Assembly (NCBI GenBank): GCA_963781885.1
Contig: CAWAHW010000002.1
Coordinates: forward strand, 960,001 to 1,024,000
DNA: 64,000 nucleotides
Source: an uncultured Spirochaetota bacterium
GTDB lineage: Bacteria; Spirochaetota; Spirochaetia; SZUA-6; Fen-1364
Reading direction: 5' to 3'
How positions within the stretch are numbered: position 1 is the stretch's first letter; every line of letters starts with the position of its first letter. The notes beneath the pieces are model-generated. The model was not told the origin of the DNA. It worked only from the letters and a program-made list of their open reading frames with translations, and did no database searches. A program made the position numbers and the translations under genes. Positions 28,113-37,066 of the stretch are shown here, piece after piece.

Positions 28113-28949
28113 ATGAAAATGAAAGCCATATTTATCGTGTTGAACGCTGCCCTGGGCGTTGCCTTCCTCGTGATATTCTTCGCCCCCCTCATCCTTTTCG
28201 GAAGCGATTGGTTCACCCTCACGTGGCAGCGGACATGGCCGATCGCCGTCATTTTTGTGGTCACCCTCGGCGGCGTCGACGTCTATTTTCTCCTCAACTG
28301 GAAGCTTTTCCGTGGTCTCGAGAAGGAGGACTGGGCCTCGGTGGCAGGGACGCTGGAGCACCGGATCTTCGGCGGCGGGCCGGTCATGGCCTCCAATGTG
28401 CGCATCTTGCTGAATACGTACCTCGTCACGTCGAATACGGACGGCATTGCGGCGCTCGAGGCCTATCTGCAGAGAAAAAAGGCCGCCCTTGTTCCGAAGT
28501 TCGGGCTCGCGTTCGGCATTCCCCATCTGTTGTCCAAGGATGCCGCCGAGTCCGAGCTCTTCTTCCGTACGCTCCTCACCCTGCCCCGACTGACGGACCG
28601 CGACTGGGTGAAGTGGAATCACGCATTCAGTCTCCTGCAGCTCAAGAGGGCGGAGGAGGCGCGGCGGGGCCTGGACGAGCTCAGCGAAAAGGTCTCCGAC
28701 CCCATCCTCATCCTTCTTTCCCTCTACCTGCTCGACGTCCTGGCCCGCAACGATTCCAGCCTGGAAGCAAAAGTATCGGCGCGGCGAGCCGCGTTGAAGA
28801 CGCGCTACACACCCGCGCTCTTGCAGAAAGCCATCGATAAATCGAGCGGTAATATGCAGGTCATCGTGCTTTCGCGGCTTCTACAAGACGCCGCACAATG
28901 GCTGTATGCCGTAGGAGAGCCAGCGCCCGTCTCGCAGGAGATACACTGA
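28113..28949 (+). CDS. Hypothetical protein with 2 N-terminal TM helices and an alpha-helical domain
   Basis: AGGAG RBS, own promoter, clean ORF. Confidence 0.8.
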   Translation: MKMKAIFIVLNAALGVAFLVIFFAPLILFGSDWFTLTWQRTWPIAVIFVVTLGGVDVYFLLNWKLFRGLEKEDWASVAGTLEHRIFGGGPVMASNVRILLNTYLVTSNTDGIAALEAYLQRKKAALVPKFGLAFGIPHLLSKDAAESELFFRTLLTLPRLTDRDWVKWNHAFSLLQLKRAEEARRGLDELSEKVSDPILILLSLYLLDVLARNDSSLEAKVSARRAALKTRYTPALLQKAIDKSSGNMQVIVLSRLLQDAAQWLYAVGEPAPVSQEIH

Positions 28950-28998
28950 CCCGCCTTGCGCGCGCCGCCGCGGTGCATCGCCGGTCGGTGTCACCTCG

Positions 28999-29631
28999 CT
29001 AGAACAGGTTTCGCTTTTCCCCCAGCGTCACGTAGCCGAAGTCGTTCAGCACGTGGATCAGCACCGGTGCCCAGATGCTCTGCGACCAGTAGAAGCTGAG
29101 GCAGCAGAAGACGCCCAGCAGCGCCGCGCCAAGCCAGACAACCTGCCGGCGGGAAGAGACGACGGCGACCATCGTCGACAGCGCCGTGGCGATGACCAGG
29201 GCGGTGAATGTCCCCCAGATCGACGCGAGGACCATGAAGAAGACACCACGGTAGAAAAGCTCCTCGCTGGGCACCTGGAACAGCAGGATCACCAGCTGGG
29301 ACGCCACGAATCGTTTCGTCACGACAAAGCGGCTCTTGAACACGCCCCTGTTCCACACGAGCTGAAAGGCAAGGAAGGCGGCGCCCACGCCGAGGCCCGT
29401 GATGAGGCCGGCGGGCGTCAGCCGCAGGGCATCGGGCTGCAGCGAAGCGAGTATCGCCACGCCGAAGGCGAGCTGCGCCGCCCGGACGATGGAGTCGATC
29501 ACGAGGTTTTTGAAGGAATAGGGGAGGGCGAGCATGTGGATGAGGAGGCCGACGGAGAGGATGGAGAGATCGAGCACGCTTACCGCGCCGGCGAAAGACG
29601 GCGCGCCGTGGTGCTGACAGAAGCCTTCCAT
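28999..29631 (-). CDS. CPBP/Abi family intramembrane metalloprotease
   Basis: EELFYRG and HVLND motifs in a hydrophobic protein. Start uncertain. Confidence 0.8.
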   Translation of the reverse strand: MEGFCQHHGAPSFAGAVSVLDLSILSVGLLIHMLALPYSFKNLVIDSIVRAAQLAFGVAILASLQPDALRLTPAGLITGLGVGAAFLAFQLVWNRGVFKSRFVVTKRFVASQLVILLFQVPSEELFYRGVFFMVLASIWGTFTALVIATALSTMVAVVSSRRQVVWLGAALLGVFCCLSFYWSQSIWAPVLIHVLNDFGYVTLGEKRNLF

Positions 29632-29695
29632 TCGAGTGTCTATAGCCGTTTCGGCGAATGTGCGCAAGTGCGGAGACCGGCAGCGGCATGTTGCG

Positions 29696-29724
29696 TTGAC
29701 ACCGTATCAGGACGGCGTTAGGAT
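29696..29724 (+). promoter_or_regulatory. Putative sigma70 promoter of the BtuC/BtuD-like genes
   Basis: TTGACA-17 nt-TAGGAT. Confidence 0.6.
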
Positions 29725-29829
29725 CATCGCGGAAAAATCCATGACGCACGGCAGCACGGCGAGGTCACGGCAGAAGTCTTTCACGCGGCACCGGCGCACC
29801 GCGCGCGTCTTTTCCTCCGTAGGATAGCG

Positions 29830-30864
29830 GTGAAGCGGGGGACTGTCCTCACATTCGTCGTCCTTCCCGTGCTGCTCCTTGCCGCGCTTCTTGCCGCCGT
29901 GGGGATCGGCGCCGTCCGCGTGCCCCCGATCTCACTGATTCGATACCTCCTGCACGAAGCCGGCTTCCGCTCCGTCGCCCTGCCCGATTCCCGTGACATC
30001 ACGATCCTGATGCTCCTCAGGCTGCCGCGCGTGCTCGCCGCGATGCTCGTCGGGTCGGGGCTCGCCGTCTGCGGCGTGGTGATGCAGGGCCTGTTCCGCA
30101 ATCCCATGGCGAGCCCCGACGTGCTGGGAATCTCGGCGGGCAGCAGTCTCGGCGCCGTCGTTTCGATCGCGACGGGCCTCGCGTCGAGGTCGCTCTTTAC
30201 TCTGCCTGCCTTCACGATCGTGGGGGCATTCCTCTCCGCGGCGTGCATCTACCTGCTGTCCACCTCACGCGGGACGACGTCGCTCCTCTTCATCATCATC
30301 GCCGGCATGGCCATCTCGTCGCTCTTCAGCGGTCTCACCTCCGCGCTGCTTCTCTTCTCGCGCGACTACGAGGTGAGCCAGTTCATCTTCTGGACCATGG
30401 GCGGCCTCGACGGCCGCGGCTGGCAGCATCTGCTCTTTTCGGCCCCGGTGCTCATTCCGGGCATGATCGCCCTTTCCTTTTTCGCGCGCGAGCTGGACCT
30501 CTTCTCACTCGGGGAGGAGGGTGCGCTCTCCCTGGGCATGCACGTGGAGAGGACGAAACGCCTCCTCCTTGCCCTCACCGCGGTCATCACCGGCGTCGCG
30601 ATCGCCGTCGCGGGCCCCATCGCTTTCGTCGGTCTGCTCGTCCCGCACCTCATGCGTTTCATCGTGGGCTCTGGCCATCGCACCCTCATTCCCGCCTCCG
30701 CGCTGGGAGGCGCCCTTTTCCTCGTGCTCTGCGATCTGCTGGGGCGCTCCATCGCCCCGCCCTTCGAGATCCGCGTCGGCATCATCACGGCGATACTCGG
30801 CAGCCCGTACCTGCTCAGCCTCATCGTCCGCATCCAGCGCCGCGGCGCCCGGGGTGCACCGTGA
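29830..30864 (+). CDS. FecCD/BtuC family ABC permease (iron chelate or cobalamin)
   Basis: LRLPRV, QGLFRNPMASPDVLGISAG, LGEEGALSLG, GPIAFVGLLVPH and VGIITAILGSPY. Confidence 0.93.
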   Translation: MKRGTVLTFVVLPVLLLAALLAAVGIGAVRVPPISLIRYLLHEAGFRSVALPDSRDITILMLLRLPRVLAAMLVGSGLAVCGVVMQGLFRNPMASPDVLGISAGSSLGAVVSIATGLASRSLFTLPAFTIVGAFLSAACIYLLSTSRGTTSLLFIIIAGMAISSLFSGLTSALLLFSRDYEVSQFIFWTMGGLDGRGWQHLLFSAPVLIPGMIALSFFARELDLFSLGEEGALSLGMHVERTKRLLLALTAVITGVAIAVAGPIAFVGLLVPHLMRFIVGSGHRTLIPASALGGALFLVLCDLLGRSIAPPFEIRVGIITAILGSPYLLSLIVRIQRRGARGAP

Positions 30865-32129
30865 GCGGGCCCCTCCTGCAGGCGCGCGGCATCGGTTGGC
30901 GCGTCGGCACGAAGCACATCCTTTCGGGCGTCGACCTCGACGTGGGCCGCGGCGAGCTTGTCGGGATCATCGGCCCGAACGGGGCGGGAAAGACGACGCT
31001 CCTGCGCATCCTCTGCGGTCTCCTGCAGCCATCCGAGGGCGTGGTCAGCCTGGACGGCCGGGACATCACCACGATCGAGCGACGCAGCCGGGCCCGGAGC
31101 ATCGCCTTCATGAGCCAGGAGACCTCGCCGTCATTCCCGTTTCAGGTGATGGACGTCCTCCTCATGGGGCGCTACCCGCATCTGCGCCGATTCGAGCCGG
31201 AAACCGCCGATGACCGCGACAGGGCCCGGCGCATGCTGTCGTACGTGGGCCTGCTGGGGCTGGAAGAGAGGAGCTTCGCCGAGCTTTCAGGCGGCGAAAG
31301 ACAGCTCGTGCTTTTTGCGAAGACGCTCGTCCAGGACACGGACGCGGTGATACTGGACGAGCCCAGCTCGAGCCTCGACATCCGCCACCAGGACAGGATC
31401 TTTTCCATGGCGCAGGAGCTCGCGCGGGAGAGCAGGGCCGTCGTCACCTCGGTGCACAACCTCGGGGTGGCCGCGCAATACTGCAGCCGGCTCGTCCTGC
31501 TGGACCGCGGACGCGTCGCCGCCTCCGGCCGTCCGGAGCAGGTGCTGCGCGCCGACATCCTCGACAGGATCTACGGGATCCGCACGCTTGTATCGCCCAA
31601 CCCCGTGACGGGAAGCATGACGGTCTCGGTGATCCCCTGGCGCGCCGGGGTCTCGGGCAGTCGCATCCATCTCATCGGCGGCGCGGGGTCCGCGGTCAAC
31701 CTCACGCGCGAGCTGTACCGCCTGGGCTGCGTGCTGTCGGGGGGCATTGCGCACGAATACGACTCGGATGAGAAGCTCTGGAAGAGTCTCGGCATCCCCT
31801 GCGTCACCGTCGGCGCTTTTTCGCGGATCACCGATGAGCAGGTGAAGGAAGCCGCGGCCCTGGTGGAAGAAGCCGATGTGACGGTGCTCTGCGCGTTTCC
31901 CGTCGGGCCGGGCAACAGCGGGAACCTCCACCTTGCGGCGCGGGCGCGCCGCCTGGTGGTGCTGGACCCCGGGATGGAGGATGCGCCCCGGACATTTTTC
32001 TCGGACGAGGGAAGGACCCTGTTTGAAAGGGTTTCGGCGCGCGCCGCGGTCCTTCGCTACGAGCAGGTCGTGCAGCTGGTGGAGCGCGGAACGGATGCCG
32101 CAGCGGATGCGGCGGAAGAAGACAGGTAA
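30861..32129 (+). CDS. FepC/BtuD family ABC ATPase with a ~160-aa C-terminal extension
   Basis: GPNGAGKTT, MGRYPH, LSGGERQ, LDEPSSSLD; extra IHLIGGAGS domain. GTGA-coupled to the permease. Confidence 0.9.
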   Translation: MSGPLLQARGIGWRVGTKHILSGVDLDVGRGELVGIIGPNGAGKTTLLRILCGLLQPSEGVVSLDGRDITTIERRSRARSIAFMSQETSPSFPFQVMDVLLMGRYPHLRRFEPETADDRDRARRMLSYVGLLGLEERSFAELSGGERQLVLFAKTLVQDTDAVILDEPSSSLDIRHQDRIFSMAQELARESRAVVTSVHNLGVAAQYCSRLVLLDRGRVAASGRPEQVLRADILDRIYGIRTLVSPNPVTGSMTVSVIPWRAGVSGSRIHLIGGAGSAVNLTRELYRLGCVLSGGIAHEYDSDEKLWKSLGIPCVTVGAFSRITDEQVKEAAALVEEADVTVLCAFPVGPGNSGNLHLAARARRLVVLDPGMEDAPRTFFSDEGRTLFERVSARAAVLRYEQVVQLVERGTDAAADAAEEDR

Positions 32130-32151
32130 GGCGTTACCGGTAGATGGTGAT

Positions 32152-32346
32152 TCAGTCGCCCAGCTGCTTCTCCTGGTACTCCAGGAACTTGTCGATCGGT
32201 TCGTTGTCTGCAAGGTAGCCCAGCTCCATCGCGATCTCGCCGAACAGCCGGTCGTCGCCCGACTGCTGGTGATTGATGACGATGGTCACCTGCGACTGCG
32301 ACAATGCGCCTCGCGACACCAGGAACTCCCCGATCTTCTGCGCCAT
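32152..32346 (-). CDS. 64-aa MshEN-like (putative c-di-GMP-binding) protein
   Basis: GGAGGAGG RBS; two tandem motifs KIGEFLVSRGALSQSQVTIVINHQ and LFGEIAMELGYL.....DKFLEYQ. Confidence 0.75.
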   Translation of the reverse strand: MAQKIGEFLVSRGALSQSQVTIVINHQQSGDDRLFGEIAMELGYLADNEPIDKFLEYQEKQLGD

Positions 32347-32655
32347 GAATCCCTCCTCCCGAAAAAAACTGCCGGAGACGGTGTCGAACCCGTGCGCCGA
32401 TTTTAAGGCCGTTTTCGATTCCCCACGCCGGCACCCCTCTATACCTAAGTGTACTATTGATATGGACTTGCCGCAACAGCGGCAGATTGGAGCATGTCAG
32501 AAAAGGGAAGTCCTTCTCAGAAATCATCTCATTTTTCTAGAGACCGAGCACGCAAAAGGCGAAGAAAGGTGACCTACACGAATGGTAGCGAGCAGGGCGG
32601 ATGACTCTTGGGGACTGTGCCATGGGGCTTACCGCGCGGCAACTCGACGATTCGG

Positions 32656-33489
32656 CTACTGCTTTACCGCCCCGACGAGCAATCCGGAGACGACGTACTT
32701 TTGCGCCGCCAGGTAAAGAATCACGACCGGCAGCGCCGTCAGGGTCAGGTCGGCAAAGACGAGGTTCCAACTGCTGCTGTACCTGCCGAAGAATCCATAG
32801 ACGGAGAGCGGCATGGTCCACTTTGTGGGATCGGGAAGGAAGTAGATGGGCAGGTTGATGTCGTTCCAGATGCTGAGGAAGATGAGAATGGACACCGTCA
32901 CGTTCGCCGGTGTCAGCAGGGGAAAGATGATCTTGAAAAAGATGCCGAAGAGCGACGCACCTTCCATCAGCGCGGCCTCGTCCAGCGCGCGCGGGACGCT
33001 CTTGATGAAGCCCGTGTACAGGAAGCATCCAAAAGACAGGTTCAATGCCGCGTAGATGAGGATAACACTGGTAAAGCTCCCGTAGATGTGCGCGACCTTG
33101 AGGATTTGTATCGTGGGAATGATCTGCATGGGAGCGAGGGATCCCAGGAAGAAGAAGTAGTAGAGAAAGCCGGCGAGACGGCTCCGTCTACGTGCCACGA
33201 TGAAGGAAGCGAGTGAGGAGAAGAAAACCGTCAGCGCGCTGGAGGTGGCCGCTATGAGGCAGCTGTTTACGAATGCGCGCCCCAGACTCCCTTCCCGTAC
33301 GACGTCCAGGTAGTTGCGGAACAGCCAGTGCCCGGGGAGAGAGAGGCTGAATGAGCTCGCCTCCATTGGGGTCTTGAAAGATCCCAGGACCATGTAGAGC
33401 AGTGGCGTAATCACGATGATGGAGATGAGCAGGAGAAAAAGGATGGTGACGGCGCGAAGGGCGCGGCGCCGTGCCAGCGCTTCGCTCAC
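32656..33489 (-). CDS. Carbohydrate ABC transporter permease (MalG-like)
   Basis: GFIKSVPRALDEAALMEGA (EAA loop), IWND and QKYVVSGL..GAVK; GTGA-coupled. Confidence 0.92.
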   Translation of the reverse strand: MSEALARRRALRAVTILFLLLISIIVITPLLYMVLGSFKTPMEASSFSLSLPGHWLFRNYLDVVREGSLGRAFVNSCLIAATSSALTVFFSSLASFIVARRRSRLAGFLYYFFFLGSLAPMQIIPTIQILKVAHIYGSFTSVILIYAALNLSFGCFLYTGFIKSVPRALDEAALMEGASLFGIFFKIIFPLLTPANVTVSILIFLSIWNDINLPIYFLPDPTKWTMPLSVYGFFGRYSSSWNLVFADLTLTALPVVILYLAAQKYVVSGLLVGAVKQ

Positions 33490-34370
33490 TCCTCGACCTC
33501 CTGCCGCCGCATCTGCCGGAGCAGCGGAACGCAAATGACCGCCACAAGCAGGAAGAGAACGGTATTAAGGGCCGTTCCCAGGCCCCATCTCCCCTCGGCG
33601 AACTTCGAAAGAACCTCGGTCGTGAGGACCTGAGACGCATGGCCCGGGCCGCCGTTTGTGAGCACGTACACCTCGCTGAACCCGCGCAGCCCCCCGATGA
33701 GGCTGAGGATCACATTCATGTTGATGGTCGCCGCCAAAAGGGGAATCGTGACCTTTCGCAGTCTTTGGAGGGCCGTCGCTCCGTCGATCATCGCCGCTTC
33801 GAGGTAGTCCGGCGCAATGCCTTGTATCCCGGCCAGATAAATCACCATGTGGTAGCCGGTCCACTGCCACACGCTCACGGCGGCGATGCTGATCATCACG
33901 ATGCGGGTGTTGACGAGCCAGTTCTGCGCCAGGAACCCGAGGCCGATCGACTTCAAGCAGTCATTGAGCAGCCCCAGAGGATGGAGGATCCTGGTGAACA
34001 CGACGCCCAGGACGATCGTGGAGATGACCACGGGCATGTAGAACAGCGTGCGAAAGAGGTTGTTCACGCCCATCTTCCTGCTGAGGGGTGCGCTGAGGAT
34101 GATTGCCAGTACAAATCCGAAGAGATTCTTGAAGACGACGACGACGACGGTGTAGATGAAGGTATTGCGGACCGCGCTCAGAAGCTCGGGGTCCGAGAAG
34201 ATATGGCGAAAGTTCTCAATACCAATGAACGAGGTGATCTCGCGCCCCATCGTCCAGTTGGTCGTGGCGGAACCGAAACCGATGAACAGCGGGATGATGA
34301 AGAGGACGACGTACAGCAGGAAGGCGGGAGCGACCCAGAAGTAGGTGTAAAGTCTGCTGCTCTCTCTCAT
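33486..34370 (-). CDS. Carbohydrate ABC transporter permease (MalF-like)
   Basis: YLAGIQGI..DYLEAAMIDGA and LTNGGPG. Confidence 0.92.
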   Translation of the reverse strand: MRESSRLYTYFWVAPAFLLYVVLFIIPLFIGFGSATTNWTMGREITSFIGIENFRHIFSDPELLSAVRNTFIYTVVVVVFKNLFGFVLAIILSAPLSRKMGVNNLFRTLFYMPVVISTIVLGVVFTRILHPLGLLNDCLKSIGLGFLAQNWLVNTRIVMISIAAVSVWQWTGYHMVIYLAGIQGIAPDYLEAAMIDGATALQRLRKVTIPLLAATINMNVILSLIGGLRGFSEVYVLTNGGPGHASQVLTTEVLSKFAEGRWGLGTALNTVLFLLVAVICVPLLRQMRRQEVEE

Positions 34371-34437
34371 GTGCCGTCCTTTCGCTGCCCTTCATGGAAA
34401 AGCGGGTCGTCGTGCGCGGCAGCCTCTCCCTGCTGTC

Positions 34438-36933
34438 TCACTCCTTCGTTGCCTTGACCGGTCGCGGCGAGGAGTATGACGTTCTCACCGTCACGGTTCC
34501 CAGCGTCCCCGGCGGGATCCGGACCGTGTCTCCCTCCACCTGCACGGCGACGTCCTTCCTGTCGAGCGCTTCAGCTTTCTCCAGGGCATACTCCTTCGGG
34601 CAGCGAAGCCGCACGCGCACCGTTGCTCCGGGCCTCGGCGGCAGCGATATCTGCGCATCGATCATTCCGTCCTCGAGATGAGAACGAATGGTATACGATA
34701 CGGGACCCCACCGCGTCGGCGCTCCCGCTACCCCGAACTCCTTTCCGTCCTCCAGCCATGTCCGCGGGACTCCGCATCCCAGCGTGATGGTCCGGTTGAT
34801 AGGGTCCTCGAACAAAAAAAGCCACTTCGCGATCGTCGGCACCGTCATCTGGGCGGGGCTGCAGTACGGCGTGCTGACGCCGTTGTCCCGGTCCAGGTCG
34901 ACACACTCCCGCACGGTCCATGTTCCCCGCGTGTGGGCGTGGAACGCGTGCGCGTAGAACACGAGCAGCGCTTCCGGCACCAGGTCATGCTGGAGGAGGC
35001 CGTGCACCGCCTCGCTCACGAGGAACGCGACGACGTGGTAGCGGTTGTTGAAGATGCCCAGCGTGGTCCCGCCGCGGGCACCGGCGATCTCCATGATACG
35101 TTCCACTGTCTCCTTCGAGAGAACGCCGGACCAGAACAGCTCGGACCAGACCCGGTTCTCGTCGTAGGACTCCGGGCAGCTCCGATAGAGCGCCTCCCAG
35201 TAGAAGCGCGACGACCCGGCGATGATGGGAAGACCAACGACGCCGTCCTTCTCGATCCACGAGCGCTCCACGCCGCGCCGCGCGTCCTCCAGCAGCACGG
35301 AGGCGCTCGCGGCGAGTGACTCGGCCCGACGGATCATTTCCTGGTCTTTCTGGCGCCGGCCTGCCCGCCGCCAGGTGCTGGCGATGTCCCGCAGCCCTCG
35401 CCATGCCAGCGCGCTGTTCGCCAGATACGGCCGCTCGTAGTCCAGGGAATTGAGGGAAGGCGTCAGGAAATTGATGTCCGCCTCATGGTAGCCGTTGATC
35501 ATGCCGTAGGCGGCGCTGCCGGGATCGCGGCGCCTCGCCTCCTGCCAGCGCGTCAGCAGCAGGCCGACGATCGCCTTGACCTTGCCGTCGTGCTCGCGGA
35601 GGAGCGAATCGTCGTCAGTGTAGTCAGCGTACTGGGCCAGGCAGCTCAGCATCTCGCCATACTTGCCGATCTGCGGACCGCGGTACCTGAGGGAGCCGTC
35701 GCCGCGGACGAAATGCCGGAAGTAGTAGTCGAGGTATGCGCGGGAGGTTGCGAAATGCCCCCACTCGTTGTAGCAGGTAACCGTGCTCGTCAGGAGATCC
35801 TGGAAGCCGTCATGCTCTTCTCCCCCGTACGCCCTGTCGCAGACCCCGTACTTCGGGTGGTCACCCCTGCGGGTGATCCTCTCCCGCGCCATTGCGTGGC
35901 GCGAAAAATCCTCGATCCAGCTCTCTGGAGCCCGGATCGTCATGCCGCCGTCCAGGTGATCGTGCCAGTACCTGTGAACGCGCAGGAGCGATCGATAGAA
36001 GCCCGCCGGCTCCGCGCCCGTCGGGTTTGGATAGCTCAGGAACGAGTCCACATACTTCACTTCCTGGACGTGACCCTCGTGCAGCTCCATGAACCGGTAC
36101 CAGGCCGGTTGCAGGAATGTTGTGGCGCCCTCGGGGGGAGCGAATGCAACGACCTCCCAGCACGCATCCGCACCCATGGGATAAACAGTGCGGACGACCG
36201 GGAGCCAGCCTCCGACCAGGCCTTCCCAGAGGTTCTCGGCCTGGATCGCTTCCGAGGCGCCCTTCGCGACGATGGTCGTTGGCACGCGCCACACCATGGC
36301 GGCGTCCGTGTGGTCCGTGTAATAGAGCGGGATCACGTCTGCGGAAACGGGAGTCCCGATGAACGTATGGGGCCGCTCGTGGCCCTCCCAGAAGTCCCTT
36401 CGGATGGGCGGAAAACACGCGCGGACGGCCTTGGGATCCGGATCCCTTGCTCCTTCCAGCAGCTCATTGCGCAGGACATCTGGTTGCCCGGCGAAGGTCT
36501 GTTCGTTGCCCTCCCTCATGGACGAGAACGCCTGACTGCCGGCGGGAAGCGCTTCTTCCTTCCTGTGGCCATTGTACCAGCCCGCGCCGCCTCCCGTGGT
36601 CGGCTCCAGCGACTTGGCAAGCAGAAGGCGCACGCCGTCTTCACGGACGAACGCGATCCTTCCCTCTGTCGCATCCACCTCCTCGAAGACGGCCGTCATC
36701 GCCCCGTCGTCCTCGAAGACCGCCATCAGCGTCCAGGCTCCTGCCCTGCCGAGCCCCTCCACCACCGTCTGCGCGCCGGTCCCTTTGGTGTGCACCAGGA
36801 CGGTCGTGCCGCGGAAGGAGACGCGGGGGGCGTCCGGCCGTGCGTCCGGCTGCTCCCCGAACGGCCTTTTCGCGTCGGTGAAGCCGGGGCAGGCGAGCTT
36901 GCTCTCATCCCGATGGTTCGTGGGCTGCCTCAT
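34438..36933 (-). CDS. Uncharacterised 831-aa protein, probable (alpha/alpha)6 glycosidase-like
   Basis: GAGGAG RBS; lies between the binding protein and permeases. C-terminal GVPRTWL..G..FGV.GAPTRWGPVSY resembles six-hairpin glycosidase tails. No signal peptide. Confidence 0.7.
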   Translation of the reverse strand: MRQPTNHRDESKLACPGFTDAKRPFGEQPDARPDAPRVSFRGTTVLVHTKGTGAQTVVEGLGRAGAWTLMAVFEDDGAMTAVFEEVDATEGRIAFVREDGVRLLLAKSLEPTTGGGAGWYNGHRKEEALPAGSQAFSSMREGNEQTFAGQPDVLRNELLEGARDPDPKAVRACFPPIRRDFWEGHERPHTFIGTPVSADVIPLYYTDHTDAAMVWRVPTTIVAKGASEAIQAENLWEGLVGGWLPVVRTVYPMGADACWEVVAFAPPEGATTFLQPAWYRFMELHEGHVQEVKYVDSFLSYPNPTGAEPAGFYRSLLRVHRYWHDHLDGGMTIRAPESWIEDFSRHAMARERITRRGDHPKYGVCDRAYGGEEHDGFQDLLTSTVTCYNEWGHFATSRAYLDYYFRHFVRGDGSLRYRGPQIGKYGEMLSCLAQYADYTDDDSLLREHDGKVKAIVGLLLTRWQEARRRDPGSAAYGMINGYHEADINFLTPSLNSLDYERPYLANSALAWRGLRDIASTWRRAGRRQKDQEMIRRAESLAASASVLLEDARRGVERSWIEKDGVVGLPIIAGSSRFYWEALYRSCPESYDENRVWSELFWSGVLSKETVERIMEIAGARGGTTLGIFNNRYHVVAFLVSEAVHGLLQHDLVPEALLVFYAHAFHAHTRGTWTVRECVDLDRDNGVSTPYCSPAQMTVPTIAKWLFLFEDPINRTITLGCGVPRTWLEDGKEFGVAGAPTRWGPVSYTIRSHLEDGMIDAQISLPPRPGATVRVRLRCPKEYALEKAEALDRKDVAVQVEGDTVRIPPGTLGTVTVRTSYSSPRPVKATKE

Positions 36934-36998
36934 TGCTGTTCTCCTCTGCACGTGCGGCGCGTTTGTTCCCCGCCTCTGGTGTCGCATGGTGCGGCCAG

Positions 36999-37026
36999 AA
37001 AAAAGCGGGGCGCGCAGGCCCCGCTT
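36999..37026 (-). terminator. Intrinsic terminator/attenuator after the binding-protein gene
   Basis: Minus strand: 9-bp stem AAGCGGGGC/GCCCCGCTT running into a T6 tract. Confidence 0.7.
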
Positions 37027-37066
37027 GTCCTGGAACTATTCAGAAGTACGCGCGGAGGGCTCTTCC

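Noticed and set aside
29725-29830. Cobalamin riboswitch before the BtuC-like permease or in the corrinoid leader
   Set aside because: I could not find the B12-box elements by eye, and this leader is short. An Rfam scan would settle it.
32583-32607. Minus-strand ...CCTGCTCGCTACCA as a tRNA 3' end or att site at the edge of the glycan block
   Set aside because: No GTTCRA T-loop or cloverleaf and no integrase; a match this short is expected by chance.
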